Source of the DNA: Deltaproteobacteria bacterium
Lineage (GTDB): Bacteria; UBA10199; GCA-002796325; JACPFF01
Reading direction: 5' to 3'
DNA: 64,000 nt
Assembly: GCA_016210045.1 (NCBI GenBank)
Contig: JACQUX010000038.1
Span: 165,139-229,138 of the forward strand
A model generated the notes under the pieces. It saw only the letters and a program-made list of their open reading frames with translations. It ran no database searches and was not told the origin of the DNA. Below, piece after piece: positions 17,004-26,317 of the stretch. The number at the start of each line of letters is the position of its first letter. The first letter of the stretch is position 1. The translations under genes and the position numbers were made by a program.

Positions 17004-17852
17004 TTACGCACTTACAGGCACACTCCCCGAAAAAACCAATTCGGCCGGACCGGTCAGGTGGAGTTCGTGGGTCTCGCGGTCCCAATTCACCTTCACGGTG
17101 CCGCCCGGCATTTTGACTTCCACGTCGCGTTCGGTGTGGCCGTTCAGGACCGACGCCACGACGACCGCGCAGGCCCCGGTGCCGCAGCCGCGGGTCTCGC
17201 CGGTGCCGCGCTCCCAGACCCGCATTTCGATTTCGTTCGGGCTGACGGTGCGGGCGAATTCGACGTTAATGCGGCGCGGAAAGGCATGATAGGTCTCGAC
17301 CAACGGACCGAATTTGGTCACAGGAAAGTCTTGTGGATTTTCGACGAAAATCACGCAGTGCGGATTGCCGATCCCGCAACAGGTAATGCGCAGTTCGCGC
17401 CCTTCCATCCGCAGCGGGCGATTGATGATCCGGCCGTTCAAGCTGACGCCGATCTCTTTCCCCTTTAATTGGGGGACGCCCATGTTGACGCGATATTGCT
17501 TGCCGATCGGCGTGACGCTGTAAAACCCGCCCAACGTTTCGATGTTGACGCTCTTCTTTTTGACCTCTTTGCGGTCGAACAGATACTTCGCGACGCACCG
17601 AATGCCGTTGCCGCACATCTCGGCCTCGGAGCCGTCGGCATTGAAGGCCTGCATTTTGAAATCGCCGTCTTTGCGGCGCGTCGTGGAGATCAGCAGCATT
17701 TGATCCGCGCCGATGCCGGTGGACCGGTTACAGAGCTGCCGTGCGGTCCGTCCGGGGTGTTGCAGCGTCCAACCGCGCAGGTCGAAGATCACGAAGTCGT
17801 TGCCCGTGGCGTACATCTTGACAAAGGGACGGGCTTGTGAGCGTTGGGCCAT
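17004..17852 (-). CDS. dapF: Diaminopimelate epimerase
   Basis: 282 aa with the N-terminal KMYATGNDFVIFD motif and both catalytic Cys regions (EMCGNGIRC and GCGTGACA). Confidence 0.9.
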   Translation of the reverse strand: MAQRSQARPFVKMYATGNDFVIFDLRGWTLQHPGRTARQLCNRSTGIGADQMLLISTTRRKDGDFKMQAFNADGSEAEMCGNGIRCVAKYLFDRKEVKKKSVNIETLGGFYSVTPIGKQYRVNMGVPQLKGKEIGVSLNGRIINRPLRMEGRELRITCCGIGNPHCVIFVENPQDFPVTKFGPLVETYHAFPRRINVEFARTVSPNEIEMRVWERGTGETRGCGTGACAVVVASVLNGHTERDVEVKMPGGTVKVNWDRETHELHLTGPAELVFSGSVPVSA

Positions 17853-17904
17853 ACTTATCCTTATATTCCTTTATAAAGGACCGGGAGCCGCTTGTAGCAA
17901 TCGC

Positions 17905-18861
17905 ATGGGGGCGCTGTCAAAGAAAATGGGCTTCATTCGTCGGATAATCTGCTGTTTCTTGGCCTGTGCCGTGGGATTTCCCGGATATGCGGCGGCCGCA
18001 GCCGGTCGATTTCGGGTCATGGGGGATGGGGCCCTGACCGGGACGCGGGGGAAGGGAACCGCGACGGTCCGGTATCGCGGTGCCGACGGGCAATACCTGG
18101 CCGAGGGATTACGCACCATCAATAACTTCTTCGGGACCTCCTATGACCGCCCCACCGAGCGGATTGAACTCCGGCTGCTGGAATTGCTCGACGCGGTCCA
18201 AGACCATTTTGGCGGTCGCGCGATCGTGTTGCGATCCGGTTTCCGCAGCCCGTCCGAGAATAATGGCCTGCGGCGACAAGGCAAGCTGGCCGGGCAGTCG
18301 AGCATGCACATCGAGGGAGGCGCGGTGGACTTTCACTTGGCCGGTGTGGCGTCGGCTGAAGTCGCGGCGTATGCCCGCTCGTTGGAAGTGGGCGGCGTGG
18401 GCTATTATCACGGCCGAGAGGTCCACCTCGACACCGGCCCGGTCCGGCAGTGGGACGAACAGACGTCCGGGACCGAGAGTCGGGAGCCGCAGCGGAATGC
18501 CAAGATCATCCTGCAGACCGAATATGACCACTACCGCCCCGGAGAGCCGGTGCGGCTGCGCTGGATGCGGATCACCGAGTTTCCCGTGGCCGTCCCGCTC
18601 CGGGTCACGCTCGAATGTGATCGGGATGGGCGGGCCACGTCGCTGGGAGAGGTGATGCTACAGTACGGCGAAGGGGTGCTGCACCGTAAAGACGGCTGCG
18701 CCGTGCTGGAGACGCGGGCGGCGGCGCGGAGCCCCGTGTGGGTGGCGGCAGTCGGCGACCGGTGTGGGGCCCGGCATCGGCTGCGGGTCCGTTTCTGTGA
18801 ACGGCCGTCGGAAGCGATGCCGGCGGAGGTCACGTCCAATATTTTCCAAATCGATGATTGA
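17905..18861 (+). CDS. DUF882 / peptidase M15A-like (YcbK family) secreted protein
   Basis: Signal peptide, then ...SGFRSPSENNGLRRQG...SSMHIEGGAVDFHLAGV...GGVGYYHGREVHLDTGPVRQW, which matches the metal-binding core of DUF882 / peptidase M15 proteins. The ORF-track N-terminal extension antisense to dapF is rejected. Confidence 0.75.
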   Translation: MGALSKKMGFIRRIICCFLACAVGFPGYAAAAAGRFRVMGDGALTGTRGKGTATVRYRGADGQYLAEGLRTINNFFGTSYDRPTERIELRLLELLDAVQDHFGGRAIVLRSGFRSPSENNGLRRQGKLAGQSSMHIEGGAVDFHLAGVASAEVAAYARSLEVGGVGYYHGREVHLDTGPVRQWDEQTSGTESREPQRNAKIILQTEYDHYRPGEPVRLRWMRITEFPVAVPLRVTLECDRDGRATSLGEVMLQYGEGVLHRKDGCAVLETRAAARSPVWVAAVGDRCGARHRLRVRFCERPSEAMPAEVTSNIFQIDD

Positions 18862-19021
18862 CTATCTCGGCAGCTTACAGCATAACCCCGCCCGAATCTG
18901 AATCTGCAGGCCGCCGCACAGACCACCCCGAATGTAGGAATTTCATAACGCCCGACCGACTACGACCACTGCATGCTGCGCCCTCAACTCACTGACCATT
19001 CCCTTAAGGAGGATCTCCCCC

Positions 19022-20272
19022 ATGCATCTCAATGAACTGAAGCGAATGAAATTCGGCGATCTTGTCGAAATGGCCAACGGCTTCCGGGTCGAAAATGCGG
19101 CGGGCATGCGCAAACAAGATCTGATCTTTGCGCTGCTCCAATCGCAGGCCAGCCAAGATAAGGCGATCTACGGCGAAGGCGTCTTGGAAATCCTTCCCGA
19201 CGGGTTCGGTTTCTTGCGCTCCCCCGATTACAGCTATCTCCCCGGTCCCGACGACATCTATGTCTCGCCGTCGCAAATTCGTCGCTTCAGCCTGCGCACC
19301 GGCGATACGGTCGCAGGGGAAATCCGGCCGCCGAAAGAAGGCGAACGCTACTTCGCATTGCTCAAAGTGGAGACGATCAACTTTGAAAGTCCCGAAAAGG
19401 CGAAGACCAAGCTGCTCTTCGACAACTTGACGCCGCTCTATCCGAACCAACGCTTCAAACTCGAGACCAGCGATCCGGAAAATTACTCGATGCGGATCAT
19501 GGAACTGCTGACGCCGCTCGGCAAAGGGCAGCGCAGCCTGATCGTCTCGCCGCCGCGGGCCGGCAAGACCGTGTTGTTGCAAAATATCGCCAACGCGCTG
19601 ACCGGGAACTTCCCCGAAGTGAAACTGATCGTCCTGTTGATCGACGAACGGCCGGAAGAAGTGACCGACATGCAGCGCTCCGTGAAGGGCGAAGTCGTCA
19701 GTTCCACCTTCGATGAACAGGCCTCGCGGCACGTGCAGGTCGCCGAAATGGTCATCGAAAAGGCGAAGCGGTTAGTGGAACACCAACACGACGTGGTCAT
19801 TTTGCTCGACAGCATCACCCGGCTGGCGCGCGCGTACAACACCGTGGTCCCGCCGTCGGGCAAGATCCTCTCCGGCGGCGTCGACGCCAATGCGTTGCAC
19901 AAACCGAAGCGCTTCTTCGGCGCGGCTCGGAACGTGGAAGAGGGCGGCAGCCTCACCATCATCGGGACCGCGTTGATCGACACCGGGAGCCGGATGGACG
20001 AAGTCATCTTCGAAGAATTCAAGGGCACCGGCAACATGGAAATCCACCTCGATCGCCGGCTGATGGAAAAGCGGATCTTCCCGTGCATGGACATTAATAA
20101 GTCCGGCACGCGGAAGGAAGAACTGCTGCTGGAAGATGGCGTGTTGAAGCGTGTCTGGGTATTGCGCAAACTGTTGCAACCGCTGAATCCGATCGACTCG
20201 ATGGAATTCCTGCTCGATAAAATGGGTCATACGAAGAATAATCGCGAATTCCTGGATAGCATGAACAAGTAG
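19022..20272 (+). CDS. rho: Transcription termination factor Rho
   Basis: 416 aa with an N-terminal RNA-binding (OB) domain, Walker A ([15 protein letters not shown]) and full-length similarity to Rho. A strong RBS (AAGGAGG) follows a ~160 nt leader. Confidence 0.95.
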   Translation: MHLNELKRMKFGDLVEMANGFRVENAAGMRKQDLIFALLQSQASQDKAIYGEGVLEILPDGFGFLRSPDYSYLPGPDDIYVSPSQIRRFSLRTGDTVAGEIRPPKEGERYFALLKVETINFESPEKAKTKLLFDNLTPLYPNQRFKLETSDPENYSMRIMELLTPLGKGQRSLIVSPPRAGKTVLLQNIANALTGNFPEVKLIVLLIDERPEEVTDMQRSVKGEVVSSTFDEQASRHVQVAEMVIEKAKRLVEHQHDVVILLDSITRLARAYNTVVPPSGKILSGGVDANALHKPKRFFGAARNVEEGGSLTIIGTALIDTGSRMDEVIFEEFKGTGNMEIHLDRRLMEKRIFPCMDINKSGTRKEELLLEDGVLKRVWVLRKLLQPLNPIDSMEFLLDKMGHTKNNREFLDSMNK

Positions 20273-20279
20273 GAGTGGT

Positions 20280-20885
20280 ATGGCAATCACTGCCCTGTGT
20301 CGTTGGCTGAAAGGGTCGACGCGCAAAGTCGGCGCGCCTGCTACAGCGCGTGTGTCGCGTCCTGTGGCGCAGCACTTTGGCACGCTGGAGCGGTTTGCGC
20401 AACGGCCGACGCCGTACCAATTCGGCCGCGACCGAGAGGCGTTGCAGCTTGTCGAGTTGGCGTGGGGCGTTGTTAGCGAGCACGACATGCTCATGAATGC
20501 TCGGCGCACGGCCGGCAAGAATATAGAGTTGATCCGTGATTGTGAGCGGCGTTGGTGTCGTGCGATCCGCAGTTTTGCTGAATATGCGGTCCCTCGTTTC
20601 CCTGACACGATGGCGCGGGTGGCCGTACTCTCATCCTTCCAACAGCAGGGATTTCAAGCGGCATTGCCGTTTGGCGTGTTCGCGATCGCGGCACGGCGTG
20701 GCGACGTCGATTTCGTCGTCAGTGCATATCCGCTCGCGGCCGGGGCGCGCGAAGTACTCGCGATCCGCGCGGGTGGAACGGCGCTGGAAATTCTCGACGA
20801 GGCCGACTTGGAGCCGGAAGCCGATTGGTTGAATGATCTCCTCGGGGCGACCACCCTCGTGGTCGCAGCGCGCGACGCGGCGTAA
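20280..20885 (+). CDS. Hypothetical protein, probably co-transcribed with rho (8 nt downstream)
   Basis: 201 aa ORF with coding-like composition. I recognise no family. Confidence 0.45.
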   Translation: MAITALCRWLKGSTRKVGAPATARVSRPVAQHFGTLERFAQRPTPYQFGRDREALQLVELAWGVVSEHDMLMNARRTAGKNIELIRDCERRWCRAIRSFAEYAVPRFPDTMARVAVLSSFQQQGFQAALPFGVFAIAARRGDVDFVVSAYPLAAGAREVLAIRAGGTALEILDEADLEPEADWLNDLLGATTLVVAARDAA

Positions 20886-20898
20886 AGTCGTCGTGTTG

Positions 20899-21651
20899 TC
20901 ATTTTGGCAACACGACGACTGCATCGGTGATCGCACTCAAATTCGGGATGTGGAGCTGAAAGCGGCCTAAGCGGGTAAAGAGTTGGGCGGAACGGCCACC
21001 GTCCAAGTTGAGCGCCGACCGACAGCCGAGCCCGCCCTGTTTTTCGGTGCGCCGGAACAAATCGGCTAGCGTGGCCGTTTCCATCGGCGCGTGTTCCGTG
21101 ATCGCCACGACAACTTTCCCCTGCGGCGTGATCCCGAGCGCGGAACGGTCATCGGTGCCGGGCCGCAGCGGAGGAAGGGCGCCATCCACCAGCAGGCGCG
21201 GTCCTGCTTGCACGGCCATCGTCGGATTCGTGTCGGGACGAAAATCGCGTTGCGCCACGATGCGTGGTTGATGGCCGTGGATTGCAAAAACACCCCACCA
21301 ACTGGTGTTCTTGAGCGGCGAGCGAATCTTGCCGCCTTGAATCCGGAGCCCCAACGGTTCCAGTTCCGGCGAAAAAAACCCGCCGTTGATCGCGAGCAGT
21401 GCCTTCGAGCGCTCCGCCAATTCGCGGACCGAGGTGCTCTTTTGGGAAAAATCTTTGGCGAGCGCGACGCTGAAGCGATACTTCGCCGGATCGATCCGAA
21501 ACGCGTGGACGTAACTTTCGGTATTGGGTCCCGCCGCCGCGAGCTTGGCATATTCAAACCCCGGCGCGAGCGTCATCCACGTCGTCGGCGCCGCAATCGC
21601 CGGCGTGATACGGAGACAGAAGAGGCAGAGGATGAGTGCTCGAAGGCGCAT
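20899..21651 (-). CDS. Phosphodiester glycosidase family protein (NAGPA-like / DUF2233), secreted
   Basis: Signal peptide plus ...LLAINGGFF... and ...ALNLDGGRSAQL... blocks characteristic of the phosphodiester glycosidase domain. Confidence 0.7.
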   Translation of the reverse strand: MRLRALILCLFCLRITPAIAAPTTWMTLAPGFEYAKLAAAGPNTESYVHAFRIDPAKYRFSVALAKDFSQKSTSVRELAERSKALLAINGGFFSPELEPLGLRIQGGKIRSPLKNTSWWGVFAIHGHQPRIVAQRDFRPDTNPTMAVQAGPRLLVDGALPPLRPGTDDRSALGITPQGKVVVAITEHAPMETATLADLFRRTEKQGGLGCRSALNLDGGRSAQLFTRLGRFQLHIPNLSAITDAVVVLPK

Positions 21652-21660
21652 ATGTTAAGG

Positions 21661-21745
21661 GGTGACTGGTGGCTAGTGGCTGGTGATACGTGGTCCGTTC
21701 CCCAGTCACCAGCCACCAGTCACCAGTCACGATTCACCGCACATC
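21661..21745. repeat. CCAGYCA heptamer array with inverted arms (locus 2 of 4), between convergent genes
   Basis: The sequence gtgactggtggctagtggctggtga...ccagtcaccagccaccagtcaccagtcacg has inverted heptamer blocks able to form a long hairpin. Confidence 0.6.
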
Positions 21746-22789
21746 CACCACCGCTCCGTCTTGCAGCCCTTCCGCCCCTTTGACGACCACTAAATCGCCG
21801 CTGTGCACGCCGCTGGCCAGCGTGGCTTCTTCGTCGTCGATCCCTTTCACGACGACCGGCTGCAGCCGGGCGACGCCGCTTTGGATGATATAGACATGGG
21901 GTCGCCCGTTTTTCAACGTGAGCGCTGAGGCCGGGACGAGAAAAATATCGTGGACCTTGGTCGTGCGGAAATCCGCGAACGCGCGCATTCCGATTTTCAG
22001 CGCCGCGAGTGGATTGGGCAGCGCCGCCCAAACGGCGAATGTGGAGCCCGGCATTTCCAGGCTGGGCCCGACGAAGCGGACGGTGGCCTCGAAAGTCTCT
22101 CCGGGAAGTTCTTCGATCCGAATTCGGACCGAGTCGCCAGGCGCGATCGATCCGGCTTCGTCGGCCGTGAGATGGAATTGCGCGAGCAGCGGATCCGGCG
22201 CGACGATTTCCAGCGCCGGCACGCCGGCGGCGAGGTTTTGGCCGACGCTCGCGCCGCGCCGCACCACCATCCCGCCGATTGGACTCGAGACGGTGCCCGC
22301 GGCCAGTTCCTGTTCCAACGCGGCGATCTCTGCGTCGGTGCGTTCGGCGCGCGCCGCACTCAGTTCGACCTCTTTCTCCACGCCGGCGTACTGCAGATCG
22401 TCCATTTTTTTCTCGTCCCGCAACTTGTCCCGATTCTCCAACAAATAGCGGTTCCGGTCGAATTCGGCCGCCGCCTCGCGGCGCGTCGCGCGCAATTGTG
22501 CCAACGCCGATTGGCGCGTGCTCAGATCGAGACTCACGATGGGATCGCCTTTATTGACGACGTCCCCTTCGGTCACAAATATTTTTTCGATGCGCACTTC
22601 GCGAGGAAAAGAAATTTCCGCGCGGTCACTGGCCGCCAACGTGGCCGGAGCGGTAATTTGCGGACTGGCCTGGCGCGATTCCACGGTGGCGACGACGACC
22701 GATTGCCCGATCCCGTGTCCTTTGAACAGACGACCGCACGCCGCCGTCCCCACGGCCACACTCAACACCATGCAGAGCCCCCGCTGCAT
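21734..22789 (-). CDS. Efflux periplasmic adaptor subunit (HlyD / membrane-fusion protein family) lipoprotein
   Basis: Lipobox (LSVAVGTAAC), biotinyl-lipoyl-like beta-hairpin (VTEGDVVNKGDPIVSLD), coiled-coil region and a C-terminal beta-barrel typical of membrane-fusion proteins. No cognate pump gene is on the same strand nearby. Confidence 0.7.
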   Translation of the reverse strand: MQRGLCMVLSVAVGTAACGRLFKGHGIGQSVVVATVESRQASPQITAPATLAASDRAEISFPREVRIEKIFVTEGDVVNKGDPIVSLDLSTRQSALAQLRATRREAAAEFDRNRYLLENRDKLRDEKKMDDLQYAGVEKEVELSAARAERTDAEIAALEQELAAGTVSSPIGGMVVRRGASVGQNLAAGVPALEIVAPDPLLAQFHLTADEAGSIAPGDSVRIRIEELPGETFEATVRFVGPSLEMPGSTFAVWAALPNPLAALKIGMRAFADFRTTKVHDIFLVPASALTLKNGRPHVYIIQSGVARLQPVVVKGIDDEEATLASGVHSGDLVVVKGAEGLQDGAVVDVR

Positions 22790-22846
22790 GGGCCGGTCAT
22801 AGAGGGTCGAGCGAGTGGGGTCAAGGGGGAGAGGGGGCTTTTGTGC

Positions 22847-24577
22847 TTACCGTGTGGATGGCGACGTGCGTGACGCCGGGAGGGTTGTTCCGGCCGGCAT
22901 CGATTCGGTATTGGCAGGAGTGATGGCGCGTTCCATCGGCTGCGTCGCCAGTGGCGATGGGTCGATGGCGCCGCACAGCCGCGTGTTGAGCGGGGCGCCA
23001 AGAGTGCCCGCGGCGCAGCGTTCCACACGCGTGGGAGCGTTGCCGCCGCCGCATTTGGAGCAATCGCAGGCGTTGTGGCCGTCGGGTGAGGGGATGTCGG
23101 TCGGGGCTTGCTCGTTGCAGCAGATCGGGCAGTCGGAGTTTGTCCCGCCTGCGTCTCCGCTGGTCCCGCCGTTTCCCGCGTTCGCGCTGGTTCCCTCGGC
23201 ACGATCCCCACCCTCACCTGGATTGCAACCACAGGTCATCGGTCCACTGGGCGTCGGAAGCGGCATCCCAGGCGTCATGATGGGTGCTTGCTTGCCGGCG
23301 TTTTGCAGTGCGCAGGAGGCAACGGGATCGATCAGCGGCGCCTTAGCGGCGAAGCACCCATACGTGATCGTCGCGACGGCCTGACGGCACCAATTGGCGG
23401 TCTCTGCATCGGGCGTTGGTGAAAACGTGCCGAGCAGTCCGACTTCCGCGTGTCCGAAGCCGACGCCCTCGCCCCCGACATGCACGCTCCCCGAATGATA
23501 CACGCCGAGACCGAGTTCTCCGCCGACGTTTTTGGTGATCCCGCCGCCGCCTCCATACGTCCCGTCGGGATTTTTTCCACCCCATCCGCCGATGGTCGAT
23601 CCTCCTTTGGTCGTGTACCAAATTTCGCCACGCTGCTTGTTCTTGCCGTTCGGATTTTCCGGAGGCTTCGGCGTTGATCCCGGCGGGAGCGGGATCTCCA
23701 CAGGGGGCGCCTCGATCGGTTTCCCCACCCCCTGATTCGGTGTGGTGTAGTCGTTTGGATCTTCCGCCGTCGCAGGAGGCGCTGCTTGATTGCCGCCTTC
23801 CGGTTTTTCAGGCTTGGCGGTCTGTTCGCGAGGAGCCGCGCCCGGATCCTCGGCACTCGTTCCCGGCGCTGTGCTTGGAGCCTCTGCTGCCTGCTCGTTC
23901 GGTGTCGCCGCCCCGCCGAACAGCTTCGTGGGATCCACAGTCAGGCATTTGGCAGAAAGCGCCTCCATCCCTTCCACGCCCTTGGTGAGTGGCGGTTGTC
24001 CGGAGACTGTGCCGTTGCTTGCGCGTCCGGGCGTATATTCCTCGCCCGGCGGTTGCAATTGGCCGAAGTCGCAAAAAGGGTTCACCGCGCCGCTTTCCGG
24101 GCACGCACCGGGCTCCGCAATGTTCATCATCGGCTGAGTGAGCGGGCCGCCGCTCAGTGCCGCAGTCTTGTCGAGCATGGCCGCAAACGTCGCGGGACCG
24201 GTGTCTTCCATGGCTTCGATCATGGAGCGTTCCGCCAGACACCACCACCCCACGACGGCCGGTGTCGGTGTCTGGAGGGTATTCAGCTGCGCGGGGAGGG
24301 AAAGGGTCGAGCCGATCTGTTGCGCGGTGAACGTCTGTTGTAGCGTATTACATTGCTGTAAGGTCATCGTGATCGATTGCGCGCAGGTCTCCGTGAGTCC
24401 GTTGGGGCAAAGGTGGGTGGCCATTTGGGAACGAATCAGCTGCTCGTTGGTCGGCGGCGTAGGGTCCGCCGCCCCGTACAGCCACTGCCAGGCCAAGTTC
24501 CGTGTCGCCGCAGGGCGCGCCGCAGTCAGCCCAAGGCACAGCAACAGCAAAGAACCACGAAGACGAGTCCAGACCAT
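22847..24577 (-). CDS. Hypothetical secreted Cys-, Gly- and Pro-rich protein
   Basis: Signal peptide (MVWTRLRGSLLLLCLGLTAARPA). Pro/Ala/Glu-rich linker. Gly-rich block (GGWGGKNPDGTYGGGGG). C-terminal Cys clusters (CGCNPGEGG, CPICCNEQ, CDCSKCGGG). No family recognised. Start set at the first ATG preceding the signal peptide. Confidence 0.5.
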   Translation of the reverse strand: MVWTRLRGSLLLLCLGLTAARPAATRNLAWQWLYGAADPTPPTNEQLIRSQMATHLCPNGLTETCAQSITMTLQQCNTLQQTFTAQQIGSTLSLPAQLNTLQTPTPAVVGWWCLAERSMIEAMEDTGPATFAAMLDKTAALSGGPLTQPMMNIAEPGACPESGAVNPFCDFGQLQPPGEEYTPGRASNGTVSGQPPLTKGVEGMEALSAKCLTVDPTKLFGGAATPNEQAAEAPSTAPGTSAEDPGAAPREQTAKPEKPEGGNQAAPPATAEDPNDYTTPNQGVGKPIEAPPVEIPLPPGSTPKPPENPNGKNKQRGEIWYTTKGGSTIGGWGGKNPDGTYGGGGGITKNVGGELGLGVYHSGSVHVGGEGVGFGHAEVGLLGTFSPTPDAETANWCRQAVATITYGCFAAKAPLIDPVASCALQNAGKQAPIMTPGMPLPTPSGPMTCGCNPGEGGDRAEGTSANAGNGGTSGDAGGTNSDCPICCNEQAPTDIPSPDGHNACDCSKCGGGNAPTRVERCAAGTLGAPLNTRLCGAIDPSPLATQPMERAITPANTESMPAGTTLPASRTSPSTR

Positions 24578-24678
24578 ACCCAAAGAATTATCGGTGATTC
24601 GTTGTCGGGTGTCGAGATTTCTCTCGAGCCGTTGCACCATCTTGACACGCGCGGCGAAACTTATCATATACGGCGCCC

Positions 24679-25605
24679 ATGATTGAGGTCCGGAATATTG
24701 CGAAGGCGTTCGGTGCGATTCGGGCGGTGCAGGATATCTCGTGTACCATCCAACGCGGCGAAGTGGTCGGATTGCTCGGGCCCAACGGCGCCGGCAAATC
24801 CACGACCATGCGCATGATGACGGGCTATTTGCAGCCGGACGCCGGGGTCGTGCGGATCGGCGGGATCGACGTGGCCACCGATCCGCTCGGCGCGCGCGCC
24901 TTGATCGGCTATCTCCCGGAGAGTGCGCCGTTGTATCACGACATGGAAGTGACCGATTTTCTCGACTACATCGCAGCGCTACGCAAACTCGCCGCCCCGG
25001 TGCGGCGGGAACGGATCCGCGAGATGGTCGAACTGTGCGGGCTGAAGAGCGTGGTCGGGCGACCGATCGCGGAATTATCGAAGGGATATCGCCAACGCGT
25101 CGGCTTGGCCGCCGCGATGCTCCCCCACCCGCCGGTCCTGATCCTCGACGAACCGACCACCGGCCTCGATCCGAATCAAATTCAGGAAATCCGCGACGTG
25201 ATCCGCAACATCGGCCGCGAACGCACGGTCGTACTCAGCACGCATATCATGCAGGAAGTCGAAGCGGTCTGTAGTCGCGCGCTGATCATCCATCGCGGCC
25301 AATTGGCCGGCGAAGGAAGTCTGGCCGAATTAGTGAACCAACAATCGGGGCAAGTCCGGTTCGCGATGCTCGTGAATGCGGCGGAAGGGATGTTGCGGGA
25401 GCGCGCGCGCCAATTCAATCAGGGGAGTCTCGTGACGTGTCGTCGGCTGGACGGCGAATGGCATGAAGCGGTGTTCACGGCGCACGGCGGTGTGGCGGGC
25501 GAGGATCTGTTTCAATGGGTGGTCGCGAACGGCTGGCGATTGCGGGAATTGCGGCGCGAGGCGGTCAGTCTGGAAGACGTCTTCCGGGAGTTGACACGGC
25601 AATGA
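24679..25605 (+). CDS. ABC transporter ATP-binding protein (GldA-like)
   Basis: Walker A (GPNGAGKST), ABC signature (LSKGYRQRV), Walker B (ILDEPTTGLD), H-loop. Confidence 0.9.
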   Translation: MIEVRNIAKAFGAIRAVQDISCTIQRGEVVGLLGPNGAGKSTTMRMMTGYLQPDAGVVRIGGIDVATDPLGARALIGYLPESAPLYHDMEVTDFLDYIAALRKLAAPVRRERIREMVELCGLKSVVGRPIAELSKGYRQRVGLAAAMLPHPPVLILDEPTTGLDPNQIQEIRDVIRNIGRERTVVLSTHIMQEVEAVCSRALIIHRGQLAGEGSLAELVNQQSGQVRFAMLVNAAEGMLRERARQFNQGSLVTCRRLDGEWHEAVFTAHGGVAGEDLFQWVVANGWRLRELRREAVSLEDVFRELTRQ

Positions 25606-26312
25606 ACACGGTGCTCACCATCGCACGGCGGGAGTGGCTCGCGTATTTTCGCTCGCCGATCGCGTATGTTTTTTTGGTCACGTATTTAGCGCTGACCGCC
25701 TTTCTCTTCTTCCGCAGTTTTTTCCTGATCGGCGAAGCGGAACTGCGCCCGTTCTTCATGCTGATGCCGTGGATCTTCCTCTTTTATGTCCCGGCCGTGG
25801 CGATGGGGAAGTGGGCGGAAGAGCGGAAACAAGGGACGTTGGAACTCCTGCTCACGTTGCCGGTCGCGGATCGGGACGTGGTGTTGGGCAAATTTTTCGC
25901 CGGACTCGGCTTAATCGCCGCCGCGCTGCTGTGCACCTTCCCAATGACCTTCACGGTCTCGTTGCTCGGGACGCTCGATTGGGGCGCAGTCTGTGGGGCC
26001 TACCTCGGGCTGCTCTGCCTCGGTGGCGCGTATTTAGCGGTCGGGCTGGTCGTCTCGAGCCTCACGCAAAACCAGATCGTCGCGTTCATCATCGCGGTCG
26101 TGGCCTGTTTCTTGTTGCTCGTGATCGGCGAACCGATCTTCACCGTGGCCATGCCGCAGGGCGTGGTCCCGTTTTTCCAATATTTGGGCCTGGGGTATCA
26201 TTTCGAATCGATCGGCCGCGGCGTGATCGACACCCGCGACGTGGTCTATTACGTCTCGCTGATCGGATTCTTTTTGTGGGTGAATTGGCAAATCATTTTG
26301 AAGCGTAGATAA
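25602..26312 (+). CDS. ABC-2 type transporter permease (GldF-like)
   Basis: 236 aa with six predicted TM helices. ATGA overlap with the upstream ATPase gene. Confidence 0.8.
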   Translation: MNTVLTIARREWLAYFRSPIAYVFLVTYLALTAFLFFRSFFLIGEAELRPFFMLMPWIFLFYVPAVAMGKWAEERKQGTLELLLTLPVADRDVVLGKFFAGLGLIAAALLCTFPMTFTVSLLGTLDWGAVCGAYLGLLCLGGAYLAVGLVVSSLTQNQIVAFIIAVVACFLLLVIGEPIFTVAMPQGVVPFFQYLGLGYHFESIGRGVIDTRDVVYYVSLIGFFLWVNWQIILKRR

Positions 26313-26317
26313 CGATT

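Noticed and set aside
17713-17904. ORF-track 5' extension of the DUF882 gene running antisense into dapF
   Set aside because: The signal peptide begins at MGALSKKMGFIRRIICCFLACAVG (~17905). The extension overlaps the well-supported dapF coding region on the opposite strand.
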